Made by a program: the position numbers and the translations under genes. From a virus (Duplodnaviria > Caudoviricetes), in the IMG/VR virus record IMGVR_UViG_2854418831_000003, positions 15,958 through 79,957 of that record: DNA of 64,000 nucleotides; one strand, written 5' to 3'. Numbering within the stretch: the first letter of the stretch is position 1; each line of letters opens with the position of its first letter. The notes under the pieces were generated by a model, which saw nothing but the letters and a program-made list of their open reading frames with translations, made no database searches and was not told the DNA's origin. This document shows, piece after piece, positions 27,331-37,400 of this stretch.

Positions 27331-27617
27331 TAGTTTTTAACCTCCTTATTGGCAAATTTCTTTACAAGCTCCTCAGCTTCCGCTTTGGTCGCTTCTTTCT
27401 TTCCGGCTACTGTAAAAGCAGCGCGCACAATGTCCGGGCTGTATTTGCCATCAAACACTTTTGCAGCTGCTCTGGCGTATTCCTCGGCAGTGTAGACCGG
27501 TGCTGTGAGCTTCTCAGCCGCCTCATTTTCGGCTTTTACGGCCTCAGCCCTGGAATTGTCCGCCTGCACCTGTTCAGCCGTTTCTGTGGCTTCTGTGGGC
27601 TTCTTGGTTGTTGCCAT
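27330..27617 (-). CDS. Hypothetical tail-region protein
   Basis: 95 aa, coupled to the sheath gene. Confidence 0.65.
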   Translation of the reverse strand: MATTKKPTEATETAEQVQADNSRAEAVKAENEAAEKLTAPVYTAEEYARAAAKVFDGKYSPDIVRAAFTVAGKKEATKAEAEELVKKFANKEVKN

Positions 27618-27630
27618 TTCTTCGTCCTCC

Positions 27631-28500
27631 TTATTTGTTGAAATAGGTTTCTTTCAGTGGGTGGGAATACTCACTGAAATTCTCAGTTGCATACTGCCCT
27701 TTGATGGTTATCTGCCCCCTGCTCAGGTAGTCGGCGGCATTATCAACCGCCAATTCATCAAAAAGCAGCGGTGCACCGTCCAGGAGGATAATTTCTCCCA
27801 GTCTGGCCAGGGTGTCGTATAGATACCGTGTCCAGCTGTTCCTTGCCTCCGGCGTTGGTGCGATCACATGTATGGCCATGCTGCACTCCATCCACGTGAG
27901 TGCGCATGTCTGGCGTTTCTTTTTCGTCCCGGAAATGCGCACATAAATAGCCGGGTGGAAGTCACTCGGCTCATAAAAACTTTCAATATGATCTTTGTTG
28001 ATCACAAGGGCGTCTGTTTCCCAGCGTTTCAAAAATTCCTGCATTGCAAGTGCCGGATCCGGTGCCTGTGTGATCTGCTGTGGGAATGCAATCAGCAAAA
28101 ATGTAAGCGAACACCCGTTTACTAGGGTGTTAGGGTTCTGGCTGTCATTCATTTCAAACAGCTCCGTTCTGGCCCAGGTAATACAATAGGCTCCATCATC
28201 CGCCTGCATTACCACGTCGCAAAGTGCTATGCGCACCAGCGGCGCCAACTCCTCCGGTGGCTTGCCTGTGTCGTCGCTGTATACGTTCACGCTTACCATG
28301 CCGCTGCTGTGCCGTTCCGGGTCTGCTGTCATGTCTACCAGATAATCAGCGCGGGGGTACTGGCTCACTCCCCACCCCTGGGCTTTGTCGTCCGGTGCTT
28401 TCTGTAAAAACACCGCCGGAACGCCCTCATACTTTGCCAGGCTCTCTGCCAGTTCTTTCTCCTGAACAAGCCTGGTATAGATCAGTTCTTCCAGAGTCAT
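27631..28500 (-). CDS. Probable tail terminator/completion protein
   Basis: 289 aa at the neck-tail junction position. Confidence 0.65.
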   Translation of the reverse strand: MTLEELIYTRLVQEKELAESLAKYEGVPAVFLQKAPDDKAQGWGVSQYPRADYLVDMTADPERHSSGMVSVNVYSDDTGKPPEELAPLVRIALCDVVMQADDGAYCITWARTELFEMNDSQNPNTLVNGCSLTFLLIAFPQQITQAPDPALAMQEFLKRWETDALVINKDHIESFYEPSDFHPAIYVRISGTKKKRQTCALTWMECSMAIHVIAPTPEARNSWTRYLYDTLARLGEIILLDGAPLLFDELAVDNAADYLSRGQITIKGQYATENFSEYSHPLKETYFNK

Positions 28501-28796
28501 GCTGTCACGCCGTCGCTTTCATTTGCTGCGGGTACAATGTCCTGTACGGCCTGCATGTCCTCCGTCCAGGTTCCCTGCCATTCCCCGCCAGCCACTTCAC
28601 TTGCCAGCATTACAAAGTGGTTTGAAACATTCCCTATGCCAGTGTGGTAAAGCACAACGAGCTCATTGCTGGTTATCCCAACAACAAGCCCGTTTCTGTA
28701 CTCGTCCCATGTTTTATGCTTTGCCCTTATCAGGTCGCCTTTGTGCACCTGCTCACTGTCAAAAACAGGTGCCGCTCTGTCTTTTATCAATGCCAT
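28497..28796 (-). CDS. Hypothetical protein
   Basis: 99 aa, GGAGG SD. Confidence 0.6.
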   Translation of the reverse strand: MALIKDRAAPVFDSEQVHKGDLIRAKHKTWDEYRNGLVVGITSNELVVLYHTGIGNVSNHFVMLASEVAGGEWQGTWTEDMQAVQDIVPAANESDGVTA

Positions 28797-28808
28797 GCTG
28801 GCACCTCC

Positions 28809-29228
28809 TTACACGTTGTACGGTGCTCCGAAAATGCTTTTGATTTCGGGTTCCGCTTTCTGCTTAATCTTTTCCACGTATGGCCTTGCCGCCATTTTGC
28901 TTGTGCCATGTTCCAGGTACCCTGCATAATGAGTGTCTGTCTCAATGGCCACTTTTACGGATAAAGCCCCGCCGGAGGATCCTGCCACCGGTCTGAAGCT
29001 GCTCCGCAATTTTCCACTGCGCACTGCTGGCGGTTCGCCCGGTGCAGACGCCGTGTAACTGCTCTTTTTAAATGATTTCTTGTAGCTCCTGCCGCCTCGT
29101 TGCCCTCTCAGCACTTGCAGCTCCGCATTTTTCAGCGCCCTGCTGCCTCTTGTGGCTCTGGATTTCATTTCCTGGCCGATAGCGGTCACTTTCTTTGCTA
29201 CTTCAACGCTTATATCAGGCACGCTCAT
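28809..29228 (-). CDS. HK97 gp10-like neck protein
   Basis: ASAPGEPPAVRSGKLRSS...YAGYLEHGTSKMAARPY. Confidence 0.85.
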   Translation of the reverse strand: MSVPDISVEVAKKVTAIGQEMKSRATRGSRALKNAELQVLRGQRGGRSYKKSFKKSSYTASAPGEPPAVRSGKLRSSFRPVAGSSGGALSVKVAIETDTHYAGYLEHGTSKMAARPYVEKIKQKAEPEIKSIFGAPYNV

Positions 29229-29596
29229 ACGTCTGCCCTCTCTTCCACGTAATAGATGGTATACAGTCCCAGCTGCCCCGGTTCGTCAACGCCCTGCACA
29301 TAAAACTTGCGGTTTCCGCATGTGAGCTGGTCAGTCTCTGCTGCTTTCGGGTGCCCCCGGTCAACAATCGTGTGAGTGATCGGGTGCTGTATCTGCTCCC
29401 ACCTGGCTTTTTCCTGCGGTGTTGCCTGGGCCAGGACGGCATGTATCACGACGCTGTGATCGCTGTCATATTTTTTTACAGGGCGGCCTTTCCCATCTAC
29501 GCCGCTGGTGCATTTTGCTACAAAAAAATCTTTGTACAAATTACCTGGTCTTAAATAAAAGATCGCGCTCGCCCCCTCCGTCTTTTGCGTACACAT
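29225..29596 (-). CDS. Head-closure protein (start uncertain)
   Basis: YLRPGNL...WEQIQHPITHTIV...FYVQGVDEPG; position in the neck module. Confidence 0.7.
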   Translation of the reverse strand: MCTQKTEGASAIFYLRPGNLYKDFFVAKCTSGVDGKGRPVKKYDSDHSVVIHAVLAQATPQEKARWEQIQHPITHTIVDRGHPKAAETDQLTCGNRKFYVQGVDEPGQLGLYTIYYVEERADV

Positions 29597-29987
29597 TATC
29601 GTGCATACCACCATAAAAATAATGGCCTCCGTCTGCGCCCGATTCCGGAGAAGCTTTTCCGGCCGTTGGTACCGTGTCGGCTCCACACTCTTTTTTCAGC
29701 TGCTCGTACTGCTTCCGCCAAAACTCTGCGCGTGCCTGCATTTCCAACTTTAACGGCCCCACTGTCGTGTTTACTTCCATGCCAAACCGTCGCATAATGC
29801 TTTCCAGTGCTGCCAGTTTGGCACGCTTCCACGTTTTCTTTGCCGCAATGATGGCCGTGTATTCTTCATTGCTCAGCGCGCTGGTTTCCTCTGCTCCCTC
29901 GACCATGGTGTCGCCCAGTTCGAAGCGCATACGGTCAACGCCCTGCTCTCCTATCTTCTCCGGATTGTAGGTATACGTTTTTTTCAT
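29541..29987 (-). CDS. Head-tail adaptor protein
   Basis: YTYNP...DRMRFELGDT...LSNEE pattern. Confidence 0.72.
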   Translation of the reverse strand: MKKTYTYNPEKIGEQGVDRMRFELGDTMVEGAEETSALSNEEYTAIIAAKKTWKRAKLAALESIMRRFGMEVNTTVGPLKLEMQARAEFWRKQYEQLKKECGADTVPTAGKASPESGADGGHYFYGGMHDNVYAKDGGGERDLLFKTR

Positions 29988-29998
29988 GCGGCATTACC

Positions 29999-30556
29999 TT
30001 ACCCCTCTGCCGGTGTTTCGGCCGCTTCCTGGTGTTCTGCTGGCTCCGGCGTTTCTGATACTTCCTGGCTTTCTGCTGGCAAGTTCTCTGTTTTTGCCTG
30101 GTCATTCGTCAAGATTGCCTTATCATCCAGCAAAAGCTCCTCTGCCTGGCTTTTTGCAGCTCTCTTTACTGTGACACGAGAATCTGTTGCATGAAGTACA
30201 ACTAAAATATTCTCACTTTTCACATCTTTAATGGCTTTTGCAGCCTCGTCTGCGTTCATCTGCATAATGGCAAAAACCTGCTGCATATCTCCCTCAGTCA
30301 GCGGCACGCTCATAACCTGGGCTGTGTCTCCGTCGATCTCCTGTATTACCGGAACGGAAAAAGTAACTTCCTCCCCTGTTTCCACCTGCACAAGCTCAGC
30401 AACGGGAAGCTCTGCGGCTCCCGTTACCTCAGCAATGCAGCCAGTGCGTAACAATGCACGCTCTCTGGTAGGGAGGATGTGTCCGTCCCGGATCATGTCG
30501 CCAGGCATGTAAGCGGTTCCGAGTAATGTAATCGGTTTTACGCACACATAACTCAT
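29999..30556 (-). CDS. Hypothetical head-region protein
   Basis: 185 aa directly after the capsid gene. Confidence 0.65.
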   Translation of the reverse strand: MSYVCVKPITLLGTAYMPGDMIRDGHILPTRERALLRTGCIAEVTGAAELPVAELVQVETGEEVTFSVPVIQEIDGDTAQVMSVPLTEGDMQQVFAIMQMNADEAAKAIKDVKSENILVVLHATDSRVTVKRAAKSQAEELLLDDKAILTNDQAKTENLPAESQEVSETPEPAEHQEAAETPAEG

Positions 30557-30575
30557 AGCATCCTCCTTTCAGGCA

Positions 30576-31607
30576 TTACACACAATCCGTAAAGAATGTT
30601 GCCAGGTCGTCGGCTGTTTTTTTCATGTCGGTACTGATCAGGCCCTCAATGAACTCAGAATGTGTGCCGTTTTCTCCTTCGTACTGGTCCATAGCTGTAT
30701 AGGATCCATTACCTAACATGTCCCAGGTAAAAATATAACCTGCGGATGGTTCATCCACCTGCGGGGTATTGGTTGCATAGCACATCAGGGCTGCGTTGCT
30801 GTCGCAAATAAACTGCATGTCAGCCTCTTCTCCCGGTTTTGCTACGTTGTAGGTGGATTCAAGCACTTTTACCTGCTCAAATCCCAGCACCTGTGCCAGA
30901 ACCTGCTGTGTTACGATTGCCGGGTTTGCTGTGGATCCGGTATACTTCACGCGCTCAACAATGTCCGGGTGCTCTTTCAGTGCCAGGTATGCGTCATAAC
31001 CCAGGGCGAGGCGGTTCGGCTGTCTGCGGCCTCTGCGCTTAATATCGCGGCGGCGTTCATCAAAGAAGTGCACCGGATCAAAGTTCGCGTCGTTAAATTT
31101 CAGGAATTTCTTGCCAGACGGCGCGCTGTCAGTTCCCTGCCATTCGTCTCTCCAAACGCCGCTGTGGAAAAATCCCTGTGCGAAAAGAATGTCAAGGTGC
31201 AGGCTCATCTGCTCGTTTGCAAAACGTACCTTTGCGCGGCGCGGATCCTGTACGCCCGGCGCGTGGCTGCGCTGGTAGTTCAAGGCTGCGATCTGGTCAA
31301 TGCCAACAATAACCTGGTCAACTTTGCAGCCATACTGGTTTTCTCCGGTTCCCATGATGGCTGGATTAACTTTTCCGAATGCCGGTTTGCGGGCTACGTT
31401 GTCCCTTGCAAGATCTCCCTTGTCGAATGTGTAGTAAAATCCGGAGCTAGTAGCTACCGGGCAAATTGGGAAAATGGACGGTGCCACCCAGTCGCCAGGC
31501 TGTGCGAAATACGCCTGGGACATGTTAGTCAGGTACTGGTTCGGCTTCCATCCTTTTGCGATCTCTGCTGCAATGCCTGCGTTTGTGCTCATTACATTTC
31601 TGCTCAT
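30576..31607 (-). CDS. Major capsid protein
   Basis: 343 aa; LTNMSQAY...IFPICPV...PNRLALGYDAYLALKEHP, HK97-like/Mu-type MCP pattern and position. Confidence 0.85.
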   Translation of the reverse strand: MSRNVMSTNAGIAAEIAKGWKPNQYLTNMSQAYFAQPGDWVAPSIFPICPVATSSGFYYTFDKGDLARDNVARKPAFGKVNPAIMGTGENQYGCKVDQVIVGIDQIAALNYQRSHAPGVQDPRRAKVRFANEQMSLHLDILFAQGFFHSGVWRDEWQGTDSAPSGKKFLKFNDANFDPVHFFDERRRDIKRRGRRQPNRLALGYDAYLALKEHPDIVERVKYTGSTANPAIVTQQVLAQVLGFEQVKVLESTYNVAKPGEEADMQFICDSNAALMCYATNTPQVDEPSAGYIFTWDMLGNGSYTAMDQYEGENGTHSEFIEGLISTDMKKTADDLATFFTDCV

Positions 31608-31629
31608 AGTCTTTTATTCCTCCTGTTTA

Positions 31630-32016
31630 TTAGTCTGCTGGCTTATAGCCTGCTTTTACGATCTGTACAGCAATGCGCTGGCCTGCCTGGGTTGCAGCTT
31701 CCAGTGCAATGCCTACGATAAAGGCTCCGCTTGTTGCCTTTACTGCCTTGCCGCCGGTTCCGACTGCCAGCTCGTCGCCGTATGCTACGGCTGCGCCCGC
31801 TGTCCATGCACCAATATCCTTGATCTGCACGTCCAGGTCGTCCCCTGCTGTTACTTTGTCGTCGCATCCAGGCAATACAATACCGATGGCGTTCTTACCT
31901 GCTGTTGCCACTTTTCCGTCAGCGCCAACTGCTAAAAAAGCCGGTGCCGGAATCTCTTCCCCGGCCTTTACCACAATTACTGCACTGTCATTGATAACTG
32001 TTCCGTAATAGCTCAT
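31630..32016 (-). CDS. Capsid cement/decoration protein (DUF2190-like)
   Basis: 128 aa Gly/Ala-rich, AAVAYGDELAVGTGGKAV...VGIALEAA. Confidence 0.8.
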   Translation of the reverse strand: MSYYGTVINDSAVIVVKAGEEIPAPAFLAVGADGKVATAGKNAIGIVLPGCDDKVTAGDDLDVQIKDIGAWTAGAAVAYGDELAVGTGGKAVKATSGAFIVGIALEAATQAGQRIAVQIVKAGYKPAD

Positions 32017-32029
32017 GATCTCTGCCTCC

Positions 32030-33328
32030 TTATCGTCTTGTTGCCTCGTACTCATGTACAAGGTCAGGGTTCTGTACACATGCAGCGTCAATGGATTCTG
32101 CATAGCTCAGGGCGGCGTTGCTCTTGCGGATTTCTTCCGCTTTCTTTTCGATCTGGCTCCATGCGTCAGTGCCTCCTGTGGCTCCTACGCCTCTTTTGCC
32201 AACTTCTCCGAAAAGTCCAGATTTTTCTACCGCTGCCACTGCTCCGTCAAGTACGCCGATCATGTCGTCGTATGCAGTGCCGCCTGCTGCCTGCAGTGCC
32301 TTTAATGTCGGGACCAGTTCTTCCGGTTTCTTGCCGATGATCTCGTACTTCTTCGCAACGTTGTAAAGTTTTTCCTCCTGCGCTGCGTCTGCCTGCTTTC
32401 TCAGTGCGATCAGTTCAGCTGCCACTAACGGGTGCAGGCCCTTGTAAATATCTTCGCCTGCTGCCTGCTGTCCTGTTGCTCCCTGTGCGCCCTCAGCGGC
32501 CGCTCCTGGGGTTTCTACTACTCCGGTGCCCGCTGCCTTGCCTACGCCCTCCGGCGCTGCTCCTGCGCCTGCTCCTGCGCCCTCAGCTCCATCCTCAACA
32601 CCATAGCGCTTTTTAAGTTCTTCAAACGCCATGCGGTCTGTTGCTGTCATGTTTGCCTCGTTGAATTTCATGTCAGTTTCTCCTCCTATAAATTTCTTTG
32701 TTTTGGTTTTTCCGTTATCTTCCGGCGGTGTCTCCCCGCCCTCCTGTTCAGGATCCTCTGTTTCCGGCGGCTGCGGTTTGCCTGTCGCCTTTTCAATCAT
32801 CCCTCCCAGGCGGTCAACGGTTTCCTGCATGTGCTCTACGCTCACGGCACCAGCTGTTTTTACAATCTGTGCCGTTTTACCTGCGCCCCAGGAAGTAACC
32901 AGGCCCTTGATGGCCACGTCAAACTCGTCAATGCTCTGGTTCATCAGTGCGGCCTTGTCCGTTACTTCTTCGTCCCGGATAATGCTGCACAAGCTGTTTT
33001 CCAGTGCAAAACACACATCCCAAATTTCATCAGTAATGCGGCGGAGCTTGCGTTCTTCCATCTTGTCATTGAATGTATCTGCTTTTTCAATGTCGGCCAC
33101 TGCGCTGTCAATGTCTGCCTGGTCCAGCTTCAACGCCTTGCCAATGGCAGAAAAGAACTTGTGCAGGCCGCTTTTTGCTGGTGCCTGTTCCGGATTCTGG
33201 CCCGTCGGCTGTTCTTCCGGTTTCCCGCCGTTTCTCTTATACAGGGCAACGTGCGCGTGCTGGTTTGCGCCAGCATCCACCAGGCTAACCTCTGTTACTT
33301 CCAGGTCTTTCAGCTTTGTCTTTGCCAC
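32030..33328 (-). CDS. Scaffold protein with an N-terminal protease-like motif
   Basis: LEVTEVSLVDAGANQHAH N-terminus, long low-complexity coiled region. Confidence 0.7.
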   Translation of the reverse strand: MAKTKLKDLEVTEVSLVDAGANQHAHVALYKRNGGKPEEQPTGQNPEQAPAKSGLHKFFSAIGKALKLDQADIDSAVADIEKADTFNDKMEERKLRRITDEIWDVCFALENSLCSIIRDEEVTDKAALMNQSIDEFDVAIKGLVTSWGAGKTAQIVKTAGAVSVEHMQETVDRLGGMIEKATGKPQPPETEDPEQEGGETPPEDNGKTKTKKFIGGETDMKFNEANMTATDRMAFEELKKRYGVEDGAEGAGAGAGAAPEGVGKAAGTGVVETPGAAAEGAQGATGQQAAGEDIYKGLHPLVAAELIALRKQADAAQEEKLYNVAKKYEIIGKKPEELVPTLKALQAAGGTAYDDMIGVLDGAVAAVEKSGLFGEVGKRGVGATGGTDAWSQIEKKAEEIRKSNAALSYAESIDAACVQNPDLVHEYEATRR

Positions 33329-33362
33329 TTGACCGTGTCCTCCTCTCTAAATTTTTATAAAC

Positions 33363-33386
33363 AAAAAACACCAGTTTCCCGGTGTT
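33363..33386 (-). terminator. Intrinsic terminator
   Basis: AACACCGG-GAAA-CTGGTGTT-TTTT. Confidence 0.55.
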
Positions 33387-33394
33387 CCTGCTTA

Positions 33395-33862
33395 TCACTC
33401 TGCTACGGCTCCGTCGTCGTCCTCAACTTCTTCCCGGATCGCGGTTCCGCCAATGGAGAACATGCTGTATTCTCCACTTTTTACTTTCTCCCATACGTCA
33501 TCATCAGTGACGCGGAAGCCAATCCACCAACCAACCGGCAAGGTGCCGGCGGCCAGTCCCATTGCTGCCTGCTTTTCCTCAGTCAGCACAACGCTTTCCA
33601 CCATGACTGCGGTTCCTGTTCTTTCGTGCATTTCCCCGCCGTCTCGGTACAGCTCTGCGAATTTATAGGCTGCGGCTTCCAGGGTTTCCGGGTCGATCAT
33701 GTCCTCCTGCAGGTCAACAACCTCATTGCCGCCCACATCTACGGACACATTGGCCCACCCAAATACAAGCCGCTTGTCCTCGTCTACTTTTTGAACCTTA
33801 AAGCGCCCCTTTTTCTCAACTGGCTGCGCCCGGCTCTTAATAATGTCACTGAAAGTCTGCAT
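33395..33862 (-). CDS. XkdF-like putative prohead serine protease
   Basis: KVDEDKRLVFGWA...GEMH...VES...WEKVKSGEYSMFSIGG. Confidence 0.85.
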   Translation of the reverse strand: MQTFSDIIKSRAQPVEKKGRFKVQKVDEDKRLVFGWANVSVDVGGNEVVDLQEDMIDPETLEAAAYKFAELYRDGGEMHERTGTAVMVESVVLTEEKQAAMGLAAGTLPVGWWIGFRVTDDDVWEKVKSGEYSMFSIGGTAIREEVEDDDGAVAE

Positions 33863-33883
33863 TTTCTCCTCCTTTTAGGCATG

Positions 33884-33912
33884 AAAAAAGCGCCTGGGTT
33901 CTTCCAGACGCT
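33884..33912 (-). terminator. Intrinsic terminator after the candidate immunity gene
   Basis: AGCGTCTGG...CCAGGCGCT-TTTTT. Confidence 0.6.
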
Positions 33913-34008
33913 CTGCGTTAAATGGCATTTCTGCACATTATTGTTGATTTTCTGCACGTTTTCCGCGTTTTTGTCACGCTTTACGCTCGAAAATGTACGT
34001 TTTTGATT

Positions 34009-34431
34009 TTAAGTGTCCGTGCGGTGTCCTTTTCGCCTGTTCTCTTCCATCTCCCAGGCTCCAATTTCTGCCACGCGGCTGTTTGGCCAGTTCTTCCGGT
34101 ACCAGAAATGCAGATCTGCTGTATTCTGGCAGCACTCAGCAATGTCCTTGCCCTGCGCGATCCACTTCCAGGTTTCTTTCCGGAATGTCTTAATATCCAG
34201 TGCAGAAAATTTATAGGTGCCGCCTCTGGCACCCATTACACTGTCATTACATTCAAACTCAAAATAGTCCCCGGTGTCCTTGATCACTTTTCCGGTCAAG
34301 GCCCATATACCGGAATCAGGTACCGCAAAATGCAGGCGCCCGTCCCGTGGATCCACAATAGGCTGTACGGCCACATTAAACATGCCAGGCATGTGCGGCT
34401 GTTCAAACCAGTATGCTTTTCTATAATCCAT
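34009..34431 (-). CDS. Hypothetical protein, candidate MuF-toxin immunity protein
   Basis: 140 aa; TAATG overlap with the MuF stop. Confidence 0.65.
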   Translation of the reverse strand: MDYRKAYWFEQPHMPGMFNVAVQPIVDPRDGRLHFAVPDSGIWALTGKVIKDTGDYFEFECNDSVMGARGGTYKFSALDIKTFRKETWKWIAQGKDIAECCQNTADLHFWYRKNWPNSRVAEIGAWEMEENRRKGHRTDT

Positions 34432-37400
34432 TACAGTTCACTCCCTACGGTTATAAATTTTTCAATATCAATGCCGTTAATATCCATTATACCCCGTGCT
34501 CGAAGTTCACTCAACAGGTGCTGCCTTTCATATCTGCTATTGCACATGATTTCTGTAAAATATCGGCTGTCTATTCCGTTTCGGAACATAATTTCATTAC
34601 TTCCAGCAAAACTGCTTTCCATGTTCTTGACAAACTGTTCAGGGCTTGCCCCGTATTTACTTATATCTGCAACTTTTCCAAACTTATCCCCACCAAAAGA
34701 GTAATAGTCTGTACGTTCCAGGACTGCGGTACTCATTTTTATCTGGTAGTCTCCCGCTACACTGGCGTTGGAAAACTTTCGCTTTGCTTTCTGTGCGCTT
34801 CCGGTCACAAGTCTGGTAAACGCGTTATCAGCTCCGCCGGTTCCCATATCAGAGTACATGCTGGCACCAGCTGGCTGCTGTATGCCCTGCTTGATTCTGC
34901 TCATGGTGGACGAAATTCCGCCGCTTTGCAAAATTTTTATAACGTCGCCCTCTCTGGAAACGCTATGGTAAACATACTTTGCACCGGCCTTTTCCAGGTC
35001 CTTTGCAAGTCCAGGCACCACATAGGTTATATAGCCGTTGTATTCGCTCTGGAGCTTCATACTGGCCAGCTGCACCACATTGATATTTTCCTGGGCGATT
35101 ATCTCGTCCAGTTTACTTACCAGTCTGCTGCCTGCCAGGTCTTTCAGTTCGTCCACACGGCCAGGGGCTTGTGACCACACAAGCCTTGCCTTTTTCAGGG
35201 TTTCCTCTGCTGCTGCCGTTGGCGTCCTGGCTACTTCGTCCAGGCCTACCTTTTTCAGCAGCTCCGTGGCTTTTTTGGCGTCCGCTATGCCGTCTCCGCT
35301 GCTTCGAACACGGATTCTAAAATACCCGTCCCAGGAATGCAGGCTTTGGCCGCTGTACAATTCAAAGGACGCATACTTTGGATCATAGGAATCCAGGTAG
35401 GTAACAACCCCGTGTATGTTTGCTTGAGTTTCAACCAGTGTGTTGCTGGTCCATGCTCTTGCCGTCGGGGCCGTGGTTTCAAAGCTCATGTTGATACGCT
35501 GCGCTGGGACCGTCGGGTTTGCCCCGTCCATCCTCTGCAGCACATCATCCCAGGCGCTAGACCTCAGCTTTCCGGTAATCTCATAGTGCACGTCTCCGTC
35601 TATGATCATACGGCGGGCGCTCAGGTTCATGCCCTCAACCTTGTCCGCGTCGCTCCATACCGCCTGCCCCTGCTTCGGTCCTGGGTGTATCTTGTCAAAA
35701 TCTGTAAATACATCCTCGGCCGTTTTGGTCCCTGGAGGCAGGTGCCCGGTGTTGGTCGCTGCCGGTGCTTTCGGTGTCGCCTTGGCGTTTCTGGCCGCCT
35801 GGTTGGCCGCCAGTCTGTCCCGTACATCCTTGCTGCACTGTTTGGCCTTTACCGGGTCGGACAAGCTGTCAATGAGCTGTTGCTTGTTCATGTTGTTGCA
35901 ATAGGCAATGTTTTGGGCCTTGGCCATCTGCAGCAGATCTGCCTTTCCCATCTTTTTCAGCGCTGCCGCATCATGCGTGGCTGCCTGGATGGTCTTGGCC
36001 GTGTTCTGCGCTTCGTCCGCCCACACAAAAGCTGCCTGTTTTTTACCGGTTCGCTGGGTCAACAGGTCCGTGTAAAATGTCCGGTATGTTTCCCGGAGGT
36101 TCTGCTTTCGCTCCACAATGGCATCCAGCAGCTGCTCTGCATCCTTTCCCTTGCCTTTCAGGCTTTCAGCATAGCCCCGGAATATTTCTCTGTATTCCTT
36201 GTCAGGTATTGCCTCGACCCGTTTTATATATGCCAGGGTGTCCTGCGGGTTTAGATCCAGCTCATTGTTGGCATACTTCCGGAAAACAGTGTTGTACAGC
36301 GGTTCTGTTTCGCCATACTTGCTGTTGGGATGGTATGCGTATGTCATTTTTCCGCTGGCCTTGTCGGTAATGTACCGGAAAGACTGTTCTTTGTCTACAC
36401 CGATCAGCTGCCCGCTGGTATCTGTTACAAAATTGCCGCCGTGGCTGTCATAGTTCCCCAGCAGCCAGTCTGTAACATGTTCCCGCTGTATCTGCTGTAC
36501 CTGGTCAGCTGTCAGGCCTTTGGTGCCATACTGCTGCCACGCCTTGAAGTCGAACCCGTTCGGGTCCACGTCAATTTTCTGCTGGTATGCACCAAACTGG
36601 CCGCCTATGTGTCCGGTGCCAACCTTGACGGCCGTGTCCGGATCCACAATGCCCTGCACCTTGTAACCAGCTTCCTGCACATAGGCCCGGAACTCTTCCG
36701 GTGTGCCGCTTTTGGACTGTGCCGGTTTGAAAAGCCATTCCGTGCCGCTGTCATCCTCGCACAAGTGCATTTCTCCGGTACCGCCCAGGTGTGCCAGGCC
36801 TTTGTCTTTCATTCCCTGCGGCATTTGCAAGCTGTCAGGGATGGACGGTGTCGCCGGATCCGGAATGTTTGGCCCCGGTACCTGGCTCTGTGCCGGCTGT
36901 ATTACCGGCGGGGAAATCTCCCTATACTCAACTGCACACCTGCACTGCGGATGTGCCGGTGGCGTCAGCCTTTGCCCTCCAAAAAGTAATTTATTCAGCT
37001 TAAAATTAAAATCGTCGTCTATGCCTATCGTCTGCCCCTCTAACCCGTTACAGATATCACAAACGCCGTCGTCATAAGCTGTTGACCATACCTTTTCCAC
37101 AACGCCCATAAGGCCCTGCGCCTGGGCCATCTTTACTGCTTCATACTCGCCGTGCTGATATGCGAATGCCATTTCTGTCTCCGCTATCATGTTAGCACGG
37201 TACCGGTGCTGTTGCGCTGCGTACTTGGCCGCTGCTTCCTGGGCTTTCTTGGCCGCTGTGGCCTCTTTCATGCCTGGATTATTCTTTAGCAAGGAATCTT
37301 TCACATGATCGTAATAGTTCGCGTTTGCAATAGCCTGGCGCTGTGTCAGGCCTATGCACGGACGTATTGCCCTGGATAATTCCTCCGCGCTCTCCCCTTT

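Noticed and set aside
29541-29596. Non-canonical ATC start for the head-closure gene behind a GGAGG SD
   Set aside because: An in-frame ATG at 29596 with a GGTGGT SD-like motif explains the gene adequately.
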